A DNA stretch of 64,000 bases, taken from assembly GCA_046351595.1 (NCBI GenBank), contig JAXLYE010000002.1, forward strand, positions 1,304,022-1,368,021, given 5' to 3'. Both the position numbers and the translations under genes were made by a program. Below, piece after piece: positions 18,222 through 27,854 of this stretch (position 1 is its first letter; each line of letters starts with the position of its first letter). Source of the stretch: Polyangia bacterium. Its GTDB lineage: Bacteria > Myxococcota_A > Polyangia > Palsa-1104 > JAEUJZ01. The notes under the pieces were generated by a model, which was given only the letters and a program-made list of their open reading frames with translations, did no database searches and was not told the DNA's origin.

Positions 18222-20737
18222 GCGGTCACCTCGGCGGGGGCTGGCAGCAAGCGCGGTGCCTGCCGGAGCGGCGCCTCGCGGGGCGCGGCCTGCGCCTCTG
18301 CGCTGCGGAACGAGCGCAGCGTCGCCAGCACGACCAGTAGGGAGCTCACCGGCATGAGCAGCGCGCAGCGCAGCGGCGTCATCATGCCGGCGAGCGCCAG
18401 CGCGACCACGGCGACGTTGTAGGCGCCGCTCAGGAGCAGGTTGCGGACGATGACGCGGCGCAAGAAGCGCGCGGTCGCGAGCGACTCGGCGATGGGGCCG
18501 AGGCCGTGGCCCAGGAAGTAGAAGTCGGCGCGCGCGGGCAGGGCCGGGCGCTCGGTCGCCGGCGTGCCCGCGCAGAGCGCGGCATGGAAGGCGAGGGCGT
18601 CGTTGATGCCGTCGCCGATCATCATCGTGTCGGGCGAATCGGGCGCGCCGATGCGCTGCACCGCGGCCGCCTTGTCCTCGGGGCGCAGGCCGCCGAGCGC
18701 CTGCTCCGCGGGGACGCCGAGCCGAGTCGCCAGCGCGCTCACCCGCTCGGGCTGATCGCCCGAGAGCAGCCACACCTTGTAGCCGGCCGCGGCGAGCGCA
18801 TCGACCTGGTCGCGCGCGTCCGGGCGCAGCTCCTCGCGGAAGCGGAAGCAGGCGCGGAGCGTGCCCGCGATGCTGAACAAAAGCGCGCCGCCGCTCCCGG
18901 GAGGAGTCGGGGACGCGGTCGTGGCGTCTGCGCCCACGAACTCGGCGGTGCCGAGGCGCACGGCCTGGCCCGCGAGCTCGGCCACGAGGCCGCGGCCCGG
19001 CTCCTCGAGCACCACGGTCGCGGTGTCGAGCACCGGCGGCGCCGCCATCATGCGCACGAGCGCGTCGAGCAGGGCGCGGCTGCGCGGGTGGTTGGAGCGC
19101 GCCACGAGCTGGTACAGGGCGCCGCGCTCGGTCACGCCAAGCGCACGGAGCGCCTCGGGGTTCTCGAGCGCCGGCTCCAGCGCGGTCAGCGTGCCGGTCT
19201 TGTCGAACAGCACCTTGCGCACGCGCAGCGCGCGGTCGAAAAACGTCACGTCGCGGACGAACAGGCCGAGGCGGCGCAGCCGGCCCTGCGCCAGCTCGTA
19301 GGCCAGCGGCGTCGCCACGCCGAGCGCGCACGGGCACGTCACCATGAGCAGCGCCGCGGTCACCTCGAGCGCGCGGGCGCCGTCACGCGGCAGCCACAGC
19401 CCGAGCCCGAGCGCGGCCAGCGCCAGCACGCCGAGCACGTAGTAGCGGCTCAGGTGGTGCCAGAAGTCGCGCCGCGGCTCGCTCGTGCTCGGGTCGCGGC
19501 GCGCGCGCAAAAGCTCGCACAGCGCCGAGGCGCGGAAGTCCTCGGTGGCGCGCAGCCGCACGGCGCGGCCGCCGGCGCTCGCCGCCAGGTTGTGGGCACC
19601 GGCGGGGGCGCGATCGCCGCGCGTGAACAGCCGCGGCTCGGCCTCGCCGCTGATCCACTCCAGCGACAGGAGCGCGCGCTCCTCCAGGCACTCGCACGCG
19701 GTCGGCAGGAGCTCGCCGGGCGCGCACAGGAGCTCTTGGCCCGCGCGCAGCTCGCTCGCCGGCAGCAGGCGCATGCGGCCGTCGCCGTCCACCGCGCGGA
19801 CCACGAAACCGGCGATGCCCTCGTCGCTGAGCAGGACGCGGCGGTTGTGGCTGGCGATGCGCCGCTGGATCAGGCGCCCCATCAGCATGAGCGCGATGAA
19901 GGTCGTCAGCGTGTCAAAGTACGCGGACTGGCCGCCGCGGCTCACAAAGGCCCAGGCGCTGCCCGCGTAGGCCAGCAGCATGCCGAGCGCGATCGGCACG
20001 TCCATGTGCAGGATGCGCCGCCGCAGCGCACCGATCGCCGAGCGGACGAAGACGCTGCCGCCGAGCAGCAGCGCGGCGGTGGCGAGCGCGAAGCTGCCGA
20101 TCGAGAAGATGCGGTACAGGCCCGAGTCCGCGCCGCCGCTGCCGCCACCGTCTTCCAGGCCGAAGTAGATGGCGAACGAAAAGATCATGCTGTTCATGGC
20201 CAGCGCCGCGCACAGGCCGAAGCGCAGCAAGAGGTCATCGCCCTCGTCATCGGGGCGCTTGCGCGGCGGCCCGGCGCGGTAGCCGAACGGCTGCAGCTCG
20301 TCGAGGAAGCGGCCGAGGATGCGGCTGCCCTCGCCGGACTGCCAGAAGACCTCGGCGCGGCCGAGCGCGGGGTTGATGGTGATCGCGCGCGCGCCCGGGA
20401 TGCGGCGGAACAGCCGCTCGATCAGCCACACGCACGCCGCGCACTGCAGGCCCTGCAGATCCAGGGTGAGGCGCGCGGTGCCGCTCTGCGCGCTCTGCTC
20501 CGCTGCCTCGATCAGCGGCGCCAGCCAGGTGCGGCTGTCTTCACCGCGCGCGGAGCCCGGGACCGCCAGCCGCTGCCCGTCGAGCAGATCGTAGAAGCGG
20601 GAGAGGCCGGCCTGCTCGATCAGCTCGTGCGCGGCGCGGCAGCCGGTGCAGCAGTAGGGCGCAGTCGCCGCACCTTTTGCGATCGGGCTGTGACAGTGCG
20701 GACACGTGCTGCGCATCAAAAAACTTCCTTCCAACAA
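18218..20737 (-). CDS. ccoI: Copper-translocating P1B-type ATPase CcoI/FixI
   Basis: An N-terminal Cys-rich metal-binding region is followed by the TM CPC motif (TCPCALGV), DKTGTLT and GDGINDA. Confidence 0.9.
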   Translation of the reverse strand: MLEGSFLMRSTCPHCHSPIAKGAATAPYCCTGCRAAHELIEQAGLSRFYDLLDGQRLAVPGSARGEDSRTWLAPLIEAAEQSAQSGTARLTLDLQGLQCAACVWLIERLFRRIPGARAITINPALGRAEVFWQSGEGSRILGRFLDELQPFGYRAGPPRKRPDDEGDDLLLRFGLCAALAMNSMIFSFAIYFGLEDGGGSGGADSGLYRIFSIGSFALATAALLLGGSVFVRSAIGALRRRILHMDVPIALGMLLAYAGSAWAFVSRGGQSAYFDTLTTFIALMLMGRLIQRRIASHNRRVLLSDEGIAGFVVRAVDGDGRMRLLPASELRAGQELLCAPGELLPTACECLEERALLSLEWISGEAEPRLFTRGDRAPAGAHNLAASAGGRAVRLRATEDFRASALCELLRARRDPSTSEPRRDFWHHLSRYYVLGVLALAALGLGLWLPRDGARALEVTAALLMVTCPCALGVATPLAYELAQGRLRRLGLFVRDVTFFDRALRVRKVLFDKTGTLTALEPALENPEALRALGVTERGALYQLVARSNHPRSRALLDALVRMMAAPPVLDTATVVLEEPGRGLVAELAGQAVRLGTAEFVGADATTASPTPPGSGGALLFSIAGTLRACFRFREELRPDARDQVDALAAAGYKVWLLSGDQPERVSALATRLGVPAEQALGGLRPEDKAAAVQRIGAPDSPDTMMIGDGINDALAFHAALCAGTPATERPALPARADFYFLGHGLGPIAESLATARFLRRVIVRNLLLSGAYNVAVVALALAGMMTPLRCALLMPVSSLLVVLATLRSFRSAEAQAAPREAPLRQAPRLLPAPAEVTA

Positions 20738-20810
20738 CTTCCCTGCAAGCTGCTTCCGTTTCTGCGCGGCCCGGGGCGCGGGCCGCAGTCCCCCCTGAAG
20801 TGCTGCGCGA

Positions 20811-21221
20811 TCAGCCGGCCAGGCGGGTGTGCAGGAGCTCCGCCAGCGCCGTCAGGCCATCGACCGCGGTGAACAGGCCGACGACCTTGTCGTTCTGCAT
20901 GACCACCGCGGAGCCGTACTTCTTGGCCGCCATCTCGCGCGCGACCTCGTCGAGCAGCGCGTCGGGAGAGACGGTGTAGACCTCGGTCGACATCGCGTCC
21001 GCGACCGTCACCTGCGCGGGGTCGACGTCCTTGAAGGCCTCGACCATCCGCAGATCCCGATCGCTCAGCAGGCCCACCAGCGTGCCGCCATCGAGCACCG
21101 GCAGGTGGCGGATGTGGTGCTGCTGCATCACCTTGTGCGCGTCGGCCAGCGTCATGCTGGGGCGGATGGTGTGCGGGGTGGTGGACATGTACTTGTGGAC
21201 TCTGGGAATCGGTTTGCTCAT
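20811..21221 (-). CDS. CBS-pair domain protein
   Basis: Two CBS repeats are present (HIRHLPVLDGGTLVGLLSDRDL and GSAVVMQNDKVVGLFTAVD). The RBS is GGAGGAG, and it lies 73 bp upstream of ccoI on the same strand. Confidence 0.8.
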   Translation of the reverse strand: MSKPIPRVHKYMSTTPHTIRPSMTLADAHKVMQQHHIRHLPVLDGGTLVGLLSDRDLRMVEAFKDVDPAQVTVADAMSTEVYTVSPDALLDEVAREMAAKKYGSAVVMQNDKVVGLFTAVDGLTALAELLHTRLAG

Positions 21222-21481
21222 GGCGTGAAGCTCCTCCGCGCCGCCTCTTGCGCATGCGCCATGCCAGCGCGCGCTCGCCGCTCCTCGACGAGCTCGTAGC
21301 GGACGCGTGCCGGAACCGTCACTCCCGCGTAACGATAGGGTGCGCGCGGTAACGCTCCGGGGCGGGAACGTGCCGCGCTCTCTCGACGGGGCGGCGTGGC
21401 CTGGCTCTTGCTTTTCTCAACAGCCATGGCCGCCGCCGTGCGGTAACGCCGGACCCGGAGCCATGCGGGCCCACAGCGCCC

Positions 21482-21517
21482 CTGCCGTGCGCAGGCCCCT
21501 GCCGTGCGCAGGCCCCT
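21482..21517. repeat. 17-19 bp tandem repeat x2 plus a partial copy (gccgtgcgcaggcccct) immediately upstream of the usp gene
   Basis: Direct reading, 20 bp before the usp RBS. The motif GCGGTAACGC also occurs twice in the same divergent region (about 21349 and 21440). Confidence 0.75.
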
Positions 21518-21537
21518 CCCGTGCTTAGGAAGGTTAG

Positions 21538-22119
21538 ATGGAAGCCGACAAGATGACCCTTTTGGTTGGTATCGACTTCAGCGCGTTCTCCGAGCGCGCG
21601 CTGGCCCTCGCCGTCGAGATCGCGGTGCGCATGCGGGCCCGCCTGATCGTCGTCCACGTCCGCGATCTCGGCGTCATCGCGCCGCCGGGTGAGTTCGTGC
21701 CGGCGCCGGTCCTGACCGCGCTGATCGAGCGCTTCAATGAAGAAGGGCTCGCGGTGCGCAACCAGTGCAACGAGATGTGCCAGCGCATCGTGAAGGACCG
21801 CGTGGACGCCACCGTGCACGTGCTGACCGGGCCGGCCGCCGAGTCGATGGTGACCGCCATCAAGGCCCTCAAGCCGGACCTGGTCGTCGTCGGCAGCCAC
21901 GGCCGCGGCGCGCTCAAGCGGCTCTTGCTCGGCAGCGTCTCGACGGCGCTGTGCCAGCGCAGCCCGGTGCCGGTGCTGGTGGTGCCGCCCGCGGAGGCGG
22001 CGCAGCCCGAGCACCTCTCGGGAACGCCGGAAGCGCCCGCGGCACCGCAGCGTGACGGCGCAGGCGGCACCGCAGCGGAACACGCGGCCGCGGTAACCGC
22101 GGACGGCCAGTCGGGATAG
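21538..22119 (+). CDS. Universal stress protein (UspA family)
   Basis: LLVGIDFS...LIVVHV...VVGSHGRGALKRLLLGSVS...PVLVV. The RBS is GGAAGG. Confidence 0.85.
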   Translation: MEADKMTLLVGIDFSAFSERALALAVEIAVRMRARLIVVHVRDLGVIAPPGEFVPAPVLTALIERFNEEGLAVRNQCNEMCQRIVKDRVDATVHVLTGPAAESMVTAIKALKPDLVVVGSHGRGALKRLLLGSVSTALCQRSPVPVLVVPPAEAAQPEHLSGTPEAPAAPQRDGAGGTAAEHAAAVTADGQSG

Positions 22120-22168
22120 GATGGAGCTCGCGCCCGCGCGGGCGCGGCGGCGCGCAGGCGACCGCTCC

Positions 22169-22267
22169 TGAAACCGGGTGAAACATCCTGAAACGAGTTC
22201 TCGACGGCGTGAAACAAGTTGAGCGATCGCTGAAACAGAAGTGAAACAGAGCGAGACAGGGTGAAAT
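22169..22267 (+). promoter_or_regulatory. Array of seven same-orientation (G/C)TGAAA(C/T) repeats in helical phase, upstream of the CoA-transferase gene
   Basis: Copies start at 22169, 22179, 22189, 22210, 22231, 22242 and 22262. The spacings are 10, 10, 21, 21, 11 and 20 bp. Confidence 0.6.
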
Positions 22268-22384
22268 AGCGTGAGCGGCCGAGCGCCCGGCGGGCCTTTT
22301 TGAGGCACCTGGGCACGCGCACGGCCTGAAGCCATGGACCGCGGCGCGGCTCTTGCCGGCGCGGCGCAGAGGAAAAAGGACAAG

Positions 22385-23698
22385 ATGAGCGAGCCCGCAG
22401 CCGCGACCCCGCCCCCGGGAGCCGCATCCAAGTACGTGAGCGCCGAGGAGGCGCTGCGCCTCGTGCGCTCGGGGATGCGCGTGTACATCCACACCGCCGC
22501 CGCGGCGCCGCACCGCCTGATCAGCGCCCTGGTCGCGCGCTCGGGCGAGCTGCACGGCGTCGAGATCGTGCACCTGCACACCGAAGGCCCGGCGCCCTAC
22601 ATCCTGCCGCAGCACCTGCAGGCGTTCCACGCCAGCGCGCTGTTCGTCGGCCCGAACCTGCGTGACGCGGTCAACGACGGGCGCGCCGACTACATCCCGG
22701 TGTTCCTCAGCGAGGTGCCGCGGCTGTTCCGGCGCGGCGTGCTGCCGCTCGACGTGGCGCTCTTGCAGGTCTCGCCGCCCGACGTGCACGGCTACTGCAC
22801 GCTCGGCATCTCGGTCGACGTCGCGCGCGCGGCCGCGGACTGTGCGCGCATCCTCATCGGCCAGGTCAACCCGCACATGCCGCGCAGCCACGGCGACGGC
22901 ATGCTGCACATGAGCCGCTTCGCCGCGCTGGTCGACTCCGACGATCCGCTGCCCGAGCACAAGCCGGCGCCGCTCAGCGAGGCCGAGCGCGCGATCGGCC
23001 GCGGCGTCGCCTCTCTGGTCGAGGACGGCGCCACCCTGCAGATGGGCATCGGCGCCATCCCCGACGCGGCGCTCGCCGCCCTCGGCTCGCACCGCCGCCT
23101 CGGCGTGCACAGCGAGATGGTCTCGGACGGCGTCATCGACCTGGTCGAGCGCGGCGTCATCACCGGCGAGAACAAGCGCACCCACCCGGGCGTCCTGGTC
23201 GCCGCCTTCGCCGTCGGCAGCCGCCGCCTGTACGACTTCATCGACGACAACCCCGGGGTCAAGATGCTCGACGTCGGCTACGTCAACGACACCGACGTCA
23301 TCCGCCGCAACCCGCAGGTCACCGCCATCAACAGCGCGCTCGAGGTCGACGTCACCGGCCAGATCTGCGCCGACTCGATCGGCGAGCGCCAGTTCTCCGG
23401 TGTCGGCGGCCAGATGGACTTCATCCGCGGCGCGGCGCTGTCCGAGAACGGCCGGCCGATCATCGCGCTGCCGTCGGTGACCTCGCGCGGCGAGTCGCGC
23501 ATCGTCGCGCACCTCAAGACCGGCGCCGGCGTGACGACGACGCGCGCGCACGTGCACTACATCGTGACCGAGTTCGGCGTCGCCTATCTGTACGGCAAGA
23601 GCCTGCGCGAGCGCGCGCGCCTGCTCATCGACATCGCCCATCCCGACCACCGCGAAGCCCTGAGCCGTGCCGCCCATGAGCGCTTTGGCCGTCTGTAA
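22385..23698 (+). CDS. Acetyl-CoA hydrolase/transferase family protein (4-hydroxybutyrate/acetate CoA-transferase-like)
   Basis: The architecture matches AcetylCoA_hydro plus its C-terminal domain over the full length (GMRVYIHTAAAAP...EVDVTGQICADSIG...). The start is chosen at the second ATG with RBS AGGAAAAAGGA; an alternative start is at 22334. Confidence 0.8.
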   Translation: MSEPAAATPPPGAASKYVSAEEALRLVRSGMRVYIHTAAAAPHRLISALVARSGELHGVEIVHLHTEGPAPYILPQHLQAFHASALFVGPNLRDAVNDGRADYIPVFLSEVPRLFRRGVLPLDVALLQVSPPDVHGYCTLGISVDVARAAADCARILIGQVNPHMPRSHGDGMLHMSRFAALVDSDDPLPEHKPAPLSEAERAIGRGVASLVEDGATLQMGIGAIPDAALAALGSHRRLGVHSEMVSDGVIDLVERGVITGENKRTHPGVLVAAFAVGSRRLYDFIDDNPGVKMLDVGYVNDTDVIRRNPQVTAINSALEVDVTGQICADSIGERQFSGVGGQMDFIRGAALSENGRPIIALPSVTSRGESRIVAHLKTGAGVTTTRAHVHYIVTEFGVAYLYGKSLRERARLLIDIAHPDHREALSRAAHERFGRL

Positions 23699-24305
23699 AG
23701 CCGGACCCCACCCGGGCGCGCGCATCGTGCTCACCGGCGGCCCCGGCGCCGGCAAGACCGCCGTGCTCGAGATCGCGCGCAAGAGCTTCTGCAGCCGCAT
23801 CGCGTTTCTGCCCGAGGCCGCGAGCATCGTCTTCGGCGGCGGCTTCTGGCGGCGGCAGACGCAGGCCGGGCGCAAGGCCGCGCAGCGCGCGATCTACTAC
23901 ATCCAGCGCGAGCAGGAGCGCATGGTGCAGGACGAGCCCGAGTTCGGATCGGTCCTGTGCGATCGCGGCACCCTCGACGGGCTGGCGTACTGGCCGGGGG
24001 AGGAGGCGACGTTCTGGCAGGAGCTCGGCACCACGCGCGAGGCGGAGCTTTCGCGCTACCACGCGGTCATCCACCTGCGCACGCCGCCGCCCGATCGCTA
24101 CAACCACCAGAACCCGCTGCGCACCGAGGACGCGGTGACCGCGCACGCCATCGATCAGCGCATCGCGCTGGCCTGGGAGGGCCACAAGAACCGCGCCTTC
24201 ATCGAGAGCAGCGCCGACTTCGTCGAGAAGGTGCAGCGCGCCATCGCCCTCATCAAGGACAACCTGCCGGAGTGCTGCCGGCAGCACCAGCTCGTCCTGC
24301 CGTAG
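23676..24305 (+). CDS. Stand-alone P-loop ATPase (AAA_28-like)
   Basis: Walker A is LTGGPGAGKT. Its start overlaps the CoA-transferase 3' end; the exact start (23667 or 23676) is uncertain. Confidence 0.65.
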   Translation: MSALAVCKAGPHPGARIVLTGGPGAGKTAVLEIARKSFCSRIAFLPEAASIVFGGGFWRRQTQAGRKAAQRAIYYIQREQERMVQDEPEFGSVLCDRGTLDGLAYWPGEEATFWQELGTTREAELSRYHAVIHLRTPPPDRYNHQNPLRTEDAVTAHAIDQRIALAWEGHKNRAFIESSADFVEKVQRAIALIKDNLPECCRQHQLVLP

Positions 24306-24345
24306 GCTGCCGAGCGCCGGCGCCTCGCGTGCGGGCCGCTAAGAC

Positions 24346-25047
24346 TTGGGCATGAAGATCCTCATCGTTGAAGACGAAGAGCGCATGGCGCGCATGCTGC
24401 GCCGCGGCCTGCTCGAAGAGGGCCACCAGGTCGATCTGTGCGCGACCGCGGACGCGGCGGCCGAGCAGGCGCTGAGCATCCCGTACGACGTGATCGTGCT
24501 CGACTGGATGCTGCCGGATCAGGACGGCGTCACGCTCCTGCGCGCGTGGCGGCAGCGCGGGCTGCGCACGCCGGTCCTGATGCTGACCGCGCGCGGCACC
24601 ACGGGCGAGAAGGTCACCGGCCTGCGCGCCGGCGCCGACGACTACCTGACCAAGCCGTTCGACTTCGACGAGCTTCTGGCGCGGCTGGAGGGCCTGCACC
24701 GCCGCGGCGGCGCGCACGAGCCCACGGCCGGCCTGGGCGCGGCCAGCCTCGATGCGCGGCGGCGGGTGCTGCGCGGCGCCGGCGGCGAGGTGGCGCTGAC
24801 CGCGCGCGAGTTCGCGCTGCTCGAGGAGCTGCTCGGGCACCGCGGCGAGGTGCTGACGCGCTCGCGCCTGCTCGGCACGGTGTGGGGCTCGGACCTCGAC
24901 GTCACGCCCAACGTGGTCGACGTGTACATCGGCTACCTGCGGGCCAAGCTCGAGCAGGTCGGCGCGCGCGGCGTGTCGCTGCAGACCGTGCGCGGCATCG
25001 GCTACCGCCTGGTCGTCGACAGCGACGAGAGGACGCAGCGCTCGTGA
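24346..25047 (+). CDS. OmpR/PhoB-family DNA-binding response regulator (heavy-metal CusR/CzcR-like)
   Basis: The receiver has ILIVEDE, DVIVLDWMLP and TKPF. The winged-helix output has LTAREFALLEEL...VYIGYLRAKL. Confidence 0.9.
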   Translation: MGMKILIVEDEERMARMLRRGLLEEGHQVDLCATADAAAEQALSIPYDVIVLDWMLPDQDGVTLLRAWRQRGLRTPVLMLTARGTTGEKVTGLRAGADDYLTKPFDFDELLARLEGLHRRGGAHEPTAGLGAASLDARRRVLRGAGGEVALTAREFALLEELLGHRGEVLTRSRLLGTVWGSDLDVTPNVVDVYIGYLRAKLEQVGARGVSLQTVRGIGYRLVVDSDERTQRS

Positions 25048-26474
25048 GGCTGGCGACGCGCATGTGGCTGCTCGGCGCGCTGGTGCCGACGCTGGGCGCG
25101 CTGCTGCTGCTGGTCGTCGCCGGCGGCTGGTTCCGCCGCCACCTCGAGGCCGCGCTCGATCGCGCGCTGCTCGCGCAGGCCGCGGTGGAGAGCGTGAGCC
25201 TGTTCGACGGTCCCGGCGGCCGCGTCCACCTGCACATGGCGACGTCGCCGCTGGTCGACAGCGTGCGGCCGTTCGCGCCGACCGGCGACCTGTTCGGGCC
25301 CGACGGGCGCCTGGTCATGAGCTACCCGCCGCGGCTGCCCGGCGCGGTGGCCGACGTGCCGCACCTGCCGGCGCAGCCGGTGCAGCCCGGCCAGCCGCCG
25401 CGCCTTGGCACCCACACCGAGCGCAGCGGCGCGCGCTTCCGCGAGCTGGTGGTGGCGGTGGCGGCGCCGCTGCAGCCGTCGTCTCCCTCGTCGCCGGGCG
25501 GCCTGTATACGCTGCGGCTCGCCGCGTCGCTCGACCAGCTCGATCGCTCGACGCGGGTGTTCTACCAGACGACGCTCAGCCTGGTGGCGCTGTTCGGCGG
25601 GCTGCTGTTCGCGCTGCAGGCGGTGCAGGCGCGGCGGCTCGGGGCGCGGCTGCGCGGCATCGGCGCGCACATGGCGGCGCTGCGCGAGGGCAACCTCGAT
25701 CAGCCGCTGGCGCCGGACCCGACGCACGACGAGGTCGGCGAGCTGCGCGCGGTGATCGCCGAGGCCACGGCCAAGCTGAGCGCCGCGCGAAAGGGGCAGG
25801 AGCGCTTCCTCGCCGACGCCGCGCACGAGCTGCGCACGCCGCTCGGGCTGATGCGCACCAGCCTGGATCTGGCGCTGCGCCGGCCGCGCTCTCCCGAGGA
25901 GCTGCGCGCGACGCTGCAGGAGGTGCGCAGCGAGGTGGTGCGCCTGGGCGCGCTGTGCCAGCGGCTGCTCGATCGCTCGGCGCTGGCGCAGGCCGACTGG
26001 GATCGGCGCGCGGTCGAGCTGCGGGCGCTGGTCGCCGAGGCGGCGCTGGCTGCGCGCGCGCAGGCCGAGGAGCGCGGCCTGCTGATCGAGATCGAGGGCC
26101 CGGACGCGCTGACCCTGCGCGGCCACGCGCCGTCGCTGCGGCAGGCGCTCGACAACCTGCTCAGCAACGCCCTGCGCTTCGCCCCCGCGGGGACGCGCAT
26201 CGTGGTGCAGCTCGCGCGGGCCGGGGCGAGCGTGGCGGTCGCGGTCTGCGACGAGGGACCGGGCGTGCCGCCGGCGCAGCGCCCGCACCTGTTCTCGCCC
26301 TTCCACCGCGGCGCGCCAAGAGGCGGTGAAGCGGGCGCCCCGAGCGAGACGTTCGGGCACGGCCTGGGCCTGAGCATCGCGCGCGAGATTGCGACGCGGC
26401 ACGGCGGGCGCCTCTACCTGGACGAGCAGGCGCCGCGCGGCGCGCGCTTCGTGCTGGAGCTGCCGAGCGGCTGA
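25044..26474 (+). CDS. Sensor histidine kinase with two TM segments and a periplasmic loop (CusS/CzcS-like)
   Basis: Its GTG start overlaps the response-regulator stop (GTGA). HisKA has ADAAHELRTPL. HATPase_c has LDNLLSNALRF...GHGLGLSIAREIATRHGG. Confidence 0.85.
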   Translation: MRLATRMWLLGALVPTLGALLLLVVAGGWFRRHLEAALDRALLAQAAVESVSLFDGPGGRVHLHMATSPLVDSVRPFAPTGDLFGPDGRLVMSYPPRLPGAVADVPHLPAQPVQPGQPPRLGTHTERSGARFRELVVAVAAPLQPSSPSSPGGLYTLRLAASLDQLDRSTRVFYQTTLSLVALFGGLLFALQAVQARRLGARLRGIGAHMAALREGNLDQPLAPDPTHDEVGELRAVIAEATAKLSAARKGQERFLADAAHELRTPLGLMRTSLDLALRRPRSPEELRATLQEVRSEVVRLGALCQRLLDRSALAQADWDRRAVELRALVAEAALAARAQAEERGLLIEIEGPDALTLRGHAPSLRQALDNLLSNALRFAPAGTRIVVQLARAGASVAVAVCDEGPGVPPAQRPHLFSPFHRGAPRGGEAGAPSETFGHGLGLSIAREIATRHGGRLYLDEQAPRGARFVLELPSG

Positions 26475-26588
26475 GCCCGTTCGCACGGGCGCCGAGCTCG
26501 CGCATTTCTCCGACGGTAGAGCCGCTGCCTGAGAGGTTTCTTATGCAGCGCTCATGCAGCCCCGGGCGGCGGCTGCCAGGCTGCAGGC

Positions 26589-27854
26589 ATGAGGTGCAGG
26601 TTCGCGCTCGGGCTGCTGCTGCTGACGCTCGCCGCCCACACCGTGGCGGTGCCCGCGCACGCGGGGCCGCCGCCGCTCACGCTCGCCGAGGCGCTGCGAC
26701 AGGCCGCGGGCGCTCCGGTGGTGCGGGCGCGCGAGGCGGCGCTGCGGGTCAAGCGCACGCTCGACGCGGAGCTCGGGACGCTCGTGCACAACCCGCAGGT
26801 CAGCGGTCAGCTCGGCTACCGGCGCGAGCAGGGCAGCGGCGGCTTCGAGGGGCAGCTGGCCGTGCAGCAGGGCTTCAGCCTGTCCGGCCACGCCGCCGCG
26901 CGCCGGCGCAGCGCCACGCGGGAAGAGGAGGTGCTCGGCGCCGAGGTCGAGGCGACGCGGCTCTTGCAGCAGCTCGCGACCGCGGCGCTGTGGGCCGAGC
27001 TGTGGGCGGCGCAGCAGGCCGAGCGTCAGGCCGAAGAAGAGGTGGCGCTCACGGCGCAGCTGCTCGAGCGCACGGAGCGGCTGGCGCGCGCCGGCGCGCT
27101 GACCCAGGTCGACGTCGCGTCTGCGCAGAGCTACCTCGCGGAGGTGCGCGCCCGGCGGCACGGCATCGAGGGCGAGGTCTTCGATCGCGGGCTCGAGCTG
27201 GCGCGCGCGCTCGGCGCCTCCGAGCCGCTGCGGGCGAGCGATGGGGCGACGGTGGTGCCGCTGCCGCCGCTCGCGGACGCGCTGCTCGAGGAGGCGCTGC
27301 GCCGGGCGCCGCTGCTGCCGGGTCCCGCGGTGCTGCAGCGCGCCGTGGCGGCGGAGCGGGCGCGCGCGGCGGAGTCGCTGGCGCAGCGCGGCACGCAGGT
27401 GTGGCTCGGGGTCCTGGGGCTGCACGAGCCCAGCACGCCGTGGGCGGCGCTCGGCACCTTCACGCTCAGCGTGCCGCTGTTCGAGCGCGGGCAGCGCGAG
27501 CGTGCCGATCAGCTCGCGGCGGCGGCACGGCTCGCGGTCGAGGCCGCGGGCGCGGGCGTGGCGGCGCAAGCAACGCTGCGCGGCGCCTTCCACGAGGTCG
27601 AGCACTACACCGCGCTCGCCCGTCACGTCGTCGAGCAGCTGGTGCCCGCGGCCGAGCGTGAGGTGGCGCTGCGCGAGCGCCTCTTGCAGGTCGGGGACGG
27701 CACGGTGCTGGAGGTGCTGGTGGCGCGGCGGGCGCTGGTCGCGGCGCGGGCGCAGGCGGCGCGCGTGCAGGCCGTGCGCATCACGAGCGAGCAGCGGCTG
27801 GCGCTGTACCTCGGCCAGCTCGGCCTGCTCGGTGAAGAAGGAGAGAAGCCATGA
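26589..27854 (+). CDS. Outer-membrane efflux protein (TolC/CzcC family)
   Basis: A signal peptide is followed by two OEP repeats rich in coiled-coil Ala/Leu/Arg. Confidence 0.8.
   Translation: MRCRFALGLLLLTLAAHTVAVPAHAGPPPLTLAEALRQAAGAPVVRAREAALRVKRTLDAELGTLVHNPQVSGQLGYRREQGSGGFEGQLAVQQGFSLSGHAAARRRSATREEEVLGAEVEATRLLQQLATAALWAELWAAQQAERQAEEEVALTAQLLERTERLARAGALTQVDVASAQSYLAEVRARRHGIEGEVFDRGLELARALGASEPLRASDGATVVPLPPLADALLEEALRRAPLLPGPAVLQRAVAAERARAAESLAQRGTQVWLGVLGLHEPSTPWAALGTFTLSVPLFERGQRERADQLAAAARLAVEAAGAGVAAQATLRGAFHEVEHYTALARHVVEQLVPAAEREVALRERLLQVGDGTVLEVLVARRALVAARAQAARVQAVRITSEQRLALYLGQLGLLGEEGEKP

Noticed and set aside
18060-19337. 425-aa minus-strand ORF overlapping ccoI out of frame
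   Set aside because: Only its last 53 codons (18060-18221, [15 protein letters not shown]...) form a plausible gene (ccoS). The rest is an out-of-frame shadow of ccoI.
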